Source: Octopus vulgaris
Taxonomy: Eukaryota
DNA length: 64,000 nt
NCBI GenBank assembly: GCA_951406725.2
Contig: OX597815.1
Location: 114,328,001 to 114,392,000 of the forward strand
Reading direction: 5' to 3'
Shown piece by piece: positions 23,729 to 34,794 of this stretch. The translations under genes were made by a program, and so were the position numbers. The first letter of the stretch is position 1, and every line of letters starts with the position of its first letter. The notes under the pieces were generated by a model. That model searched no databases. It was not told the origin of the DNA and saw only the letters and a list, made by a program, of their open reading frames with translations.

Positions 23729-25671
23729 TATATATAGGACGTATTTTCTCCATTGCTGGACACACATAGAAACATACGTTCATTTTCTGTTGTCCATCAT
23801 CAGCAGACAACAGAAAGATTCACAGTAAAACAATTACTGATTTTACTCACATTCGTAGTCTCGCAAAGTAAAACCGGAGTACGAGGTATACAGTAGAACC
23901 ATCAATAATTTATAATAAAGGGATCTACTCTCAAGAATTAACAATAAAAATAATATTTAAAGTACAGAAAGATATTCATTAGATAAATAAGTACCTAAAA
24001 AGTATAACGAAAATATTTCTTTGTACAAAGTTCCAATAAAGAGCTCAATAAAGATGAATTATACGTATATATATGAATAAAAGAAAGAAACAGAGGGAGA
24101 GAGTAACAAGTGGAACTGCTTAGAAGTTGGTTACGAGCCTAGTCCAAGACACCGTTTTGATTCCCAGCGGTAGCCTTATCATTTCATTTACACTATTCAT
24201 CATTTTGAGAAAGGCATGAATGTTATACAACCATAGTTACCTTTCGCTAATAATCTAAAACTATATGTTTAAATGTTTCAATTGTGGGTGCTATGTTTGT
24301 CCTGTAATGATATTAAGTATAAGAGAAAGAGACGAGGCTATCGAAAGATAAACATTCACCCGAAGAAAATAACATTTTTATATCGTCATGTAAAATTTGA
24401 TTTTGAAGTTGATATCTGTCGTTTATGATAAGGGAGCAAGAGCAGAACCGTGTACACAACTCTCACAAATTATGGAAAAGAATTACCGCGAGATGAACTT
24501 TTAAGAAACTGTTTGTAGCGCTGCGGTTTTTCGAAATCTATAAAAGGTCTTCGAAAAGATTTTTTTTTTAACGGCAGAATAAAGTAAATATGATTTAAAT
24601 AGGTTTGGACGTGTGACATACATGTGGGAAAATTACTGGAAGACATGTGATGAAAGGATTATATAAGTTACGTAATTATACGTATGTGTGTTTATGTGTA
24701 AGTAGTTTATATATATATATATTTGTGAGTGGTTCAGCGCATCCTATTTCCTGACGCAGGAAACACGAAGTATTAAACTCAAAAACTAGAAGTGAGATGA
24801 ATACAATATTGATTATTTATCGATAACGCTTTCTATGAATGCTTTCAACTGGATGCTCTGATGGCAAGATGCTCCCGACAATGGAGTGAAATGCTTTTGA
24901 ATTTTCATTGTTTTAATGGATCTACAGAAATCAAATGCGATAAACATTAACTTAAAATATTTTCATATGTTGTGAACATAGTGTGATACAAGTAGTCGAC
25001 AAGACGAGCCTGCAATTTGACTTGACTTTCTAATTCAAGTCATTTCGTTTATGTTGAGAATCGAAAATGACATAAACATTGAAGCATCCAGTTTACTTTC
25101 AGTTAATTTGGGACCATGTGTTTCAATAATAAATCCAATGATTTCATTATTTGCCTTTTACTCCAGTGTTTTTTTTTTTAATTTACTCTCGATAAATTTA
25201 GTTCTAAATTAAGAGAGTTTTATTCCGGTTTGAACATTGCGTGACCTAAGCCATAATTTAATAAAGTACTAAGTGGAAAATAAAGTAACTATTTTACATC
25301 ATTCAAATATTAAATTGTATGAGTGTATTATATACAATGTTAAGGATTCAATGTTAAGGATTCAAATGAATCAGGTATTTAAATGATAGGCAGCAGGTTG
25401 GGTAGAACAGTTATGATGTAATGTTGATTGAGGAATACGGACTGTGATATTAAGAGATATGTGATTTATAGAAACGCGCGTAAGGATGCATTAAATGTTT
25501 ATAAATTCCATCCAAGGATTATTGTTACTATTACTATATTTATTCTACATTATATCGGTACAGCTCGATGCAACCTCAAAAACTTGTCCACCAGTCAGCA
25601 TAATTAGGCTGTGGACAGCATAATGGAATAGGAGCGTTATTTGCATATTCAAAAACGTTTCTTGTAAACAA

Positions 25672-25674
<3 letters not shown>

Positions 25675-25750
<76 letters not shown>

Positions 25751-25755
25751 CATAT

Positions 25756-25789
<34 letters not shown>

Positions 25790-25811
25790 ATATATATATA
25801 TATAAATATAC

Positions 25812-25857
<46 letters not shown>
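25675..25857. repeat. (TA)n/(TACA)n compound microsatellite
   Basis: Read directly from the sequence. Confidence 0.95.
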
Positions 25858-25859
<2 letters not shown>

Positions 25860-26580
25860 CGGAACGCACGCATCCATTTCTAAGTAAGATTGTTCTTAAT
25901 ATTAATAATGATGTGCACTCTTGACCTTCCTGTCCCCTCCCTTTCTCAGCCTTCATTCTTTCTGGTTTCCTCACAACCATTCCCTTTTTTTTCTCTCCCT
26001 TTCTCTTGCTCCTCCTCCTCCCTCCCGTCGTTGACCCGCGACGAGAGCTCTGCTACTGCCTTTCCGGCCTGGCGTCCTTGAAGTGTAGACGGCATTTTCT
26101 GTTGCTCCTTCGCCGTTCTCAAAAATAGCGTTCGTAACACTATCTCGTTCAGTTTAACAGCCCTTCTTGTCTTGTTATTCTCCTTGTCCTGTCTTTTACT
26201 GTTTATATTTTGTACTGTTGTTACTGTCCTGTTTTTGTTACCATTTTTACCCCTCCGCAAAAAGATCTCAAATTTTATTTAATTTGCTTTTCGCGGGAAG
26301 GAAAGTTTCTATCGAAGATGCGTATCCGAAACGCAGAGTAAATGAAACCATGGCGACTGAAGGAGGGGAATTTTCCTTGTGTTATTTGTCCAGTACTCTA
26401 TTTTTTCGTTGTTTAAGAAAAATGTCCAGTTCCTTGGTTTTGTGTTTATGTTTTCGTTTCTCATTGTGTTCAACGTTTTTTTTTTGGTGTCCTGTACCCA
26501 TATATGCATGTATATATACATGTAGAGGTAGGTACGTACATATATGTATGTATATATGCTTGTGTTTTATTTATTAATTC

Positions 26581-26631
<51 letters not shown>

Positions 26632-26852
26632 GGGGGGGGGAGAGTCAACAGTTGAAAGCCATAAATGCTCAATATAGAACACACGTGGTAGTGTTCAAAA
26701 AGATTTGAACTTACGCTCCGGAGTCTTTATCAAGGACTATGTCCGCGGGGTAAAGAGTGGCTATAAGAGGAATCCAGGTGAGGTAGTGATACAGATAAAC
26801 GCTTGGGATTGATATATAAAATATAGATACATACATATACAGGTATATATAA

Positions 26853-26915
<63 letters not shown>

Positions 26916-26995
26916 AACAACAACTGAAAATATCCAGATGAACACATATATACGCATATAGATATTTATATATTTGCATAGAATACGAAAAGTAT

Positions 26996-27072
26996 GGATC
27001 TTTTCTAAAAGATGGACAGAATTTTCTAGTTAACTAAACAATTTGAAACTTCGTATCTTTTAGAAAAGATCC
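26996..27072. mobile_element. 77-bp mini-MITE with GGATC termini and 8-bp TSD
   Basis: Perfect 18-bp TIR ggatcttttctaaaagat / atcttttagaaaagatcc. Perfect TSD aaaagtat at 26988-26995 and 27073-27080. Confidence 0.92.
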
Positions 27073-28019
27073 AAAAGTATAGAAATCTAAGGGGAGAAGG
27101 CATGGTATTTTAACTCCGACAACTGTTTTGGGGCTTTCGGAATTACATAATAGTTGTAATGTTCCTAACTGGTAGACAGAGCGTACAAAAATTCAAGGCT
27201 ATACAACCAAAAGATGCATACAAACATTACCATAATAATGGCCTTCTTCGTCAGGGTGGAAAGATCGGCAAAATAGCAGCTCATATCATGAGTTGAGAGA
27301 ATTCAAGGGTAGAATGAGAGGAAAAAAGGTGAATAAAAGCCGGTAGAAGGAGGATGTAGACGGTTCTAGTGTGGTGAGGGGAGTGGTGAAGCTGAGGAAG
27401 AGTAGGAGGAGATAAGAGAAGCAGTCTGTGAGTGTGTGTGTGTGTGTTTAAGAATTCATGAATTTCCATCCAAAAGTTCTTGCTATTACTATATTCAACC
27501 TACGCTATAGCGGCACCAGACAAATAACCTCCTCATAAAATTACTCTGGAAGATGGGAACAATAAGCGGTAGCTGGAATAAATAGCATTAGAGCTTATTA
27601 TGAGCGCATTCAAAAAGTTTCACATAAACAGATTTAAAAGATAAATACACACACACACACACACACACAACTTTGGTATGATAGCTACTAGTTATGTTCT
27701 CTATTTGGCATTTATCCCTTTTTGTTTGTTTAACACCCGTCCAAATAGTGCAGGCATAGTTGTGTGGTTAAGAGTTGGCTTTGCAACCAGTTTGTTTTCG
27801 GTTCGATTTCACGGACTAGCATCTAGGATAAGTGTTTTATGTAAACTCCCACTAGTCTTCTGCAACCAAAAATATCCTTTTACATATTGTATGCATTGTA
27901 CATGTCAAATGATAAACTATAACAGGGATTCACTTCTTCATCAAAACTATCGTTTAACCAATGACATTTGATATCAATAACAAGAAGGTCTGTAGAGAGT
28001 CGCTCTAGCTGTTTGTTAG

Positions 28020-28295
28020 TGCTATAACTTAGATATGTTTCGACCAATGATTGACCCAGGTCATATTTAACTTAATAGCACTACCTCATAGTATCTGTTA
28101 AGTTATTTTAAAGACAGGTTTAGTGGTATCTTGGCCCATTCACGTAGAGAGGTTGTTTACTGAGATATATCAGATGTAAGTGGCTTATCTGGTACACCTT
28201 GAAGAAATTTGTCCTGGTTTCGTTTGAATGTGATGGGATTTTTTTCTTCTCTGATTTGCTTTAGGATTATGTTAAAAAGAGTAGGGCCAGTTGTC
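28020..28295 (-). mobile_element. 3' fragment of a second CR1-group LINE family
   Basis: Minus strand encodes TTGPTLFNIILKQIREEKNPITFKRNQDKFLQGVPDKP, homologous to [15 protein letters not shown]...[16 protein letters not shown] at the C-terminus of the 34884-36883 ORF. Confidence 0.75.
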
Positions 28296-30099
28296 ATCCT
28301 GAATTGGCACGTAGCCCCAGACCTTGAATGAATTCTGAATTTGATGTTAAGGTCGCTTGGGCAATGCTGGTGGTAAGAAATATTTCCCTTAAATCATACC
28401 CTTTCAACTTCCTATAAAAATGACACACTGGATCATGTAATCTCTGATATACAAAACATATAGGTTGGTCATGGCTGGAACCCCTTTGATTTAGATCTGC
28501 TGAATCAGAGCTGACTTTGATATAAATGACAGCAACGACATGGACCACAGAACTGGAGTTTAAATCCTTCCAAGCAGAGATATTTGTGAAAGATATTCTG
28601 AATAAAACGGTGGACATTTATCTGGAAAAACTTTTGCATGGAAGTGAAAGAGCATTTCAAGATATTGTTACAGTTCAAAGTGGGATGTTATCAGCACACG
28701 CCTTTTGAATATAGAACCAAAATCATTCTAAATATTCAATGCAAGCGAAAGAAACCTTCTCTTGACAGTGATGAACATGCATGAAACCATTTAGATTAAG
28801 CGTTTAACTGAGGCCAAACAAATTTATTCTAATGAGAATAAATTTCTAATGAGAATACATTATCCAAGTTCGTCCTTCCTTTCTTAAGAAAGTAGACTGT
28901 AATTTGAGAAAGATTCAACTGCTATTTCTAGATGATCAACTATTTAAGGTGTTCACCTTTAAGGTGATCAGCTGAGTGAAATCTTTTCGTTGGTTCATAA
29001 ATGTATTTGTCTTGAATAAAGTTGAAATTCTTTTTTACCATTAACAGTTTTTCAAGACTGAAATGTTATCCAAGTCATTTCTATGTACATCTCACATTGA
29101 AGTAGTGTCGCACATCTCAAACCGCTATACACTCACGTATGCGTTCTGGGGCACATACAAAATAATTGGACCATTTTGACAGGTAAGACTTTATAAACAT
29201 GTTACAACCACTAACCAACAGACGTCCAGTATTCCAACTACCTCTTCTATCTCAAGGACAACAGTGCACGATCTCCAAAACTTGCCAAACTGTATACCAA
29301 TACAACTAACGGGGAGTTCATATATCGAACTGGATGAAACTATATAAATTCTATTCCCTTTCAATATCCATTCAATCATCTATCGATCCACCGCAACTTT
29401 TCACTGATCTGCCTGTAATATGTCATTGACGGTATCAAAAGCGATATTAACGGGTTTGTGTTTTTGACACAACTTGCTTTCACTGAATGATGAGGAAGCA
29501 TTACTGTTTACATTCATGAAATGTTACCACGCGCATTTATTCGCCCGAATATACATTATGTTCGTTTTTAGTAATCGTTTATTATATTGTTTATTTCTCT
29601 CAGCCACTCAGTTATATAAAAGCATTATCATTGTTGTTATCATTATTAGTATTATTATTACTGAGAGAAAAAAAATCTTATTGCAACTGAAAATTTTCTA
29701 TAAATTATTCATTTTTAAAATGGAGCGCCATGAGTAGATGTTATAATGGACTGAATAGAACAGATCAGAATGGTGCGGAATAAATTTTTTTTTTTTCACT
29801 AACCAAATTTTATGATCGGAATCCACAAATAATTCCATCGGGCGCCATTTACACGAATATTTTCATTTTTACTCAGAGATAATGTTACCAATACAAAAAA
29901 ATAAAAAAGGTATTACTCATAAGAGAAATTCATTATCGAGTTACGGAACATGGATTTCAGCAGATACAAAACTTATGTTATTTGCCATGTTAGATTTTTT
30001 TTCCTATAGAACAATAATATCGAGAAATATTATATTATATATATTTAGATAAACAGATATGGGTGTAGGGATAGAAGTAGAGAGAAAAAGAGACACAAT

Positions 30100-30385
30100 A
30101 TACAGCAGTATGGCTGAATGTTTAAGACGCTCATTTCGTAATCAAGAGCATACGGATTCGATCCCATACCATGCTATCTCAGTCAATTGGCATTTATACC
30201 ACCTCGGGTGGACCCAGGCCTAGTGAGTGAAAGAAGATTGACGGAAACTATATAGAAGCCCGTGCAATTGATGGTACATGTAATTCAAAGGTACAGCGCT
30301 GTCATTCTGTGTCAAGGAGATTCTTCCTTGAAAATTACGTTTAGAATAGACATACTCGATCACTTACATGCTAATTCAATGTGTA
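30100..30385 (+). mobile_element. Diverged SINE: family-C head with tail module X
   Basis: C-type head/body ...ggaaactatatagaagcccgt, then gtaattcaaaggtacagcgctgtcattctgtgtca...aattacgtt...cacttacatgctaatt (module X). Confidence 0.6.
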
Positions 30386-30564
30386 TAAAATTCTACTATT
30401 GTGATATTTGGCTCTAACTCAAATACAGAGGGTGAGACTATTCAATAGCATTCATTCAGATCTCTCTGTCTATCTGTCTGTCCGTCTCTCTCTCTCTCAT
30501 ACACACACACACACATTCATATATAATTAACAAATATATATATATATATATATTGATATATATA

Positions 30565-31995
30565 CAGTATATGCAGGCGTATAAAATGACTGGGTGTACA
30601 GGATGATCGCCAGGATCTCCATTTAAAAATTGGGTTTTGAGTTATACTTGCTGTATAAGACCACCTCCAAGTTTTTGTGTAAAATAGTTCGAACACCGAA
30701 GGCGCGAGGTCCATAGCTAAAGGGGTCGGGTGAGCTGTAGCATCCCCATTGGCCCCTAAAACCTCTAATTTCCTTGTTTCAATAGCATTTTAACTTTATT
30801 TCAATCAGTAAACTTTGAGTACAAGAATTCTGCAATCATCGTTGTTTAAAATGTATCCAATTCTTTTCCAAAATGTGGCCAAATATTGTAAATTACATAC
30901 TATGATACGCATCGAACGTACCTGGCTGGTGTAAACACTACTGTAGTGACGTCACTTAGGCGTCGCTTATTTTACAGAAACTAACATAGTGTCAAGTATA
31001 CCATAATAATACCATTTACTTGAAATGGATTTATAGATTTACTCAGGGTATGTATAATATTATATTGTAATATATTAGTAATGTTGTTATAAAGTACACT
31101 GCTAGTGTTGGTCTTGAAACAACGTATCCCTTTTGACGCTGCTCACGGACCACATTTGCTACATGCTTCTCTAGAATCGACCAGTGTGCATTGCCTCCTC
31201 TCATTGCACATTTTGTCCTGGGTATACATACTCCTTAACAAGTCTTCTTTTAATCTCTAAACTCTTGCCATCTTCTCGGTTACACCATATTCTCTTGCAG
31301 CAGCACAGTTGTTGAGGGATTTGGCATATGCCACCACTTTCAGCTCAAAACCAACTTCATGTTTCCTTCGTTTATCAGTTGGAGCCATGCGGTGAGTTTT
31401 ACAATTACTGGAAATTAATGTTTTCCCAGTGAGATTGCTGCTGCTTACGAAAGAGTGACAACTTGAGCCTCTTCAAGAAAACCTGTCTGTAAATGTTTAA
31501 AAGCAACTGGTAACTGTAAGGCTTATTGTGATTGGCTTGACTAACACGAACTGACCAGTCACAAAAGGTACCAGTACATGCTGCAAATCTGCAGTAACAG
31601 GTAGGTTAGTTACTGTAAACTACGCTTGTCCTGAAAGTCCTCGGCTGGCGGAGCGCTGTATGAGAGAGCGTTCTAACGAGGCAGTGTAAACAGAGAGGAC
31701 CCTGGGATCCGGCTGAACGGGCTGATTGTTTACATTTTATGTTCGTCAGTTGTTGCAAATGACTAAGTTTGCTGTGCTGTTATTTTAATATAATTTTAAT
31801 CCAGCTTCCCAAACATACGTGTAAGTATCTGTAGAAAATACTGCGCTGTAGAACCATAGGATCTATGCGAGTGCTTTACACTGTTCTCCATTGACATTGG
31901 TGATACTCTAAACTACAGGAAGTTAAGGTTCAGCTTTTATACGAAGTATATAAGACGGCGCCTAGTTTTGGGGTGACGTTTTAAAGTTCAAATTC
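30565..31995 (-). mobile_element. Tc2/pogo (POGK-like) DNA transposon, internally deleted
   Basis: Left terminus TA|cagtatatgcaggcgtataa with repeated gtataagac motifs. A matching tataagacg block lies near 31940-31960. Contains a transposase N-terminus. Confidence 0.7.
31110..31388 (-). pseudogene. pogo transposase N-terminus (Brinker-type DBD plus start of CENP-B HTH)
   Basis: MAPTDKRRKHEVGFELKVVAYAKSLNNCAAAREYGVTEKMARV*RLKEDLLRSM, then after a frameshift PRTKCAMRGGNAHWSILEKHVANVVREQRQKGYVVSR. TAG at 31257-31259 replaces the expected Trp. Confidence 0.85.
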
Positions 31996-32005
31996 TATAT
32001 ATAAA

Positions 32006-32232
32006 CGAGCCAACAGAATCGTTAGCACACTGGGCAAAATGCTTAGCGGCCTTTCCCGGACAGAATGCTTAGCAATATGTCGTCCGTCTTTACGCTTTGA
32101 GTTCAAATTCCAATGAAGTCGGCTTTGCCTTTAATTTTTCGGAGTCGATGAAGCAAGTACCAGTCAAGTATTGGGGTTGATGTAATCGACTTCCACACCC
32201 CTAAAAATAGCTGGTCTTGTGCCAAAATAGTA
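32006..32232 (+). mobile_element. SINE family D with small head duplication
   Basis: acagaatcgttagcacactgggcaaaatgcttagc..ccggacagaatgcttagc...gagttcaaattcc...ggtcttgtgcc. Confidence 0.85.
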
Positions 32233-32255
32233 CATATACATACATACATACATAT

Positions 32256-32299
<44 letters not shown>

Positions 32300-32639
32300 C
32301 CGCACACCCACACTTTATATATCGGTTTATCTATGAATGTTATCTGCGATATCTAAAAACCAGATGTAAACAGTGGTACTTAAAATCTCATTAGAATAAT
32401 AATTTCTCAAGAAACCGAAAATTCCATCAGAATTAAGATTATTCTACTTTCTGGAAAATGTATATACAATCAAGTGGTCGGCTAAAGCTTCATGTTTGAA
32501 ATTAGGTGAATGAAAATAATGTAGAAGCCGTCGTAAGGACGAAGAGCACACTGCTATGACCTAATAGATAGGGTAGCGGACATCCAGCCGAGAGATCAGC
32601 GGTTCTCAGGAGGAACACAGAACTGGGCCAATCCATTTA

Positions 32640-33060
32640 ACTGTAAATAGATAACTAAACTAGTCGATCATATCAACCAGAGTACATGGCTTTACCGATT
32701 CCGAAAGGATAAAAGGCAAAGTTAACCTCGGCGGAAAAGTTACCATAAAGTTAACACAATGAATCGGAAGAAATAACTTAAGGCATTTTGGCCGTCACTA
32801 GCAATTCTTTTAACTCGTCACCCTTAATGATTTGATTTAGGCACAAGGCCAGCAATTTTGAGGAAATACTGTAGAGCATTTACTCCGGCACGCCAACGAT
32901 TCTGCCGGTCCACTGCCTCAACACAAAGTACAGTGACAAGTAAACTGATGCGTGTTCTATTAATTCTGTAACAGTGGGATTTGAACTCAAAACATAGGGG
33001 ATGTAACTAAGGATTGCAAAGCATTTCGTCGAAGTGTCTAAAGTGTTCTCTACTGTCTTG
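32640..33060 (-). mobile_element. Cluster of three partial family-D SINEs
   Basis: gaaaggataaaaggcaaagttaacctcggcgg; ggcacgccaacgattctgcc; gggatttgaactcaaaac. Confidence 0.7.
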
Positions 33061-33312
33061 CAATCTAAATTACAATAATGTGTTCATACGATGTTTAGTT
33101 GTTTGTGAGGAAACTTTCTGTACAAGCAGAAGTGGACATAGTAAAAATCTCATGGGGAAATAAATCTTTCAAAGATATTTTTTAAAATATTTTATGTAAC
33201 ATCTCTAATATCTAAAAATAATTTCTTTTCTGCTGCTAAAAGAGAATTCAGATTGTGAGAAAAAAAAATTCAGAAAAAGGTGGGTGTGGCTATAGGTGCC
33301 AACATGACTATA

Positions 33313-33415
33313 GGCGCAGGCATGGTTGTGTGGAAAGAAGCTTGCTTCCCAACTACATGGTTACGGGTTCAGTCCCACTGAGTGGCACCTTGGGCAAGTG
33401 TCTTCTACTATAGCT
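33313..33415 (+). mobile_element. SINE family C head (tRNA-like)
   Basis: ggcgcaggcatggttgtgtggaaagaagcttgcttcccaactacatggttacgggttcagtcccactgagtggcaccttgggcaagtgtcttctactatagc. Confidence 0.85.
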
Positions 33416-33489
33416 TCGATATAATATTTCTTAGCTAAAGGGAGGTTTATCTTTTTTCTGTTTTTTTTTTTTATATTTGTGAAATCCAT

Positions 33490-34015
33490 TATATATTCAT
33501 GTTAAGTTCTGGTTTGTATTTTTCAATAATGTAGCCTCTTTATTTAGTCGTTGTTGAATTGAGATCCTTTCTGTACGTTGGTATACTGGAAATATTGTAA
33601 CTTTTGGTTGGCGTTCCTTAGCACACCTGTCTATGTGACCACTGAGTTGTATTTGACGGTATTGGGGCTAGTAGATACGTTGTCTGTGCAGTGTAGATTG
33701 ACGTCACTACCGCAGCTGAAACGTAATGACGTAAATGAGATTTGCATAGGCGTATGTGAAGTCGATTTTAATCTTAAATTTTTGTCCTTGTTTAAAATGG
33801 AATTCTGCACCTTTCATTATGTTGGCACATGTTCCACAGTTCGGTCGTCCAAATTTTTTAACTCTTGCTTTCATTATTCTTTTAGTATAGCTTTACATTT
33901 GTGAGTATCGGATTTAGTGGTTTTGGCTGTTTGCTGCTTTTAATAATTTTATTCAGCTTAGAGTACTTATATATTGTTGGAAGGTTTTGGATAATAGTCT
34001 TACATGCTTTGTTGT
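33490..34015 (-). pseudogene. Penelope-like retroelement fragment (Zn-linker plus GIY-YIG endonuclease region)
   Basis: Broken frames: [52 protein letters not shown]...NLIYVIT..; TLHRQRI.*PQYRQIQLSGHIDRCAK..TIFPVYQ..QRLNKE.YIIEKYKPELN*. The YIG segment is deleted. Confidence 0.8.
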
Positions 34016-34017
34016 TT

Positions 34018-34794
<777 letters not shown>

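Noticed and set aside
29100-29190. Possible exon ending at cag|gtaaga (about 29182); similar donor aag|gtgagt near 53756
   Set aside because: These are isolated donor-like motifs without a supported acceptor, open frame or homology, which is expected by chance in 64 kb.
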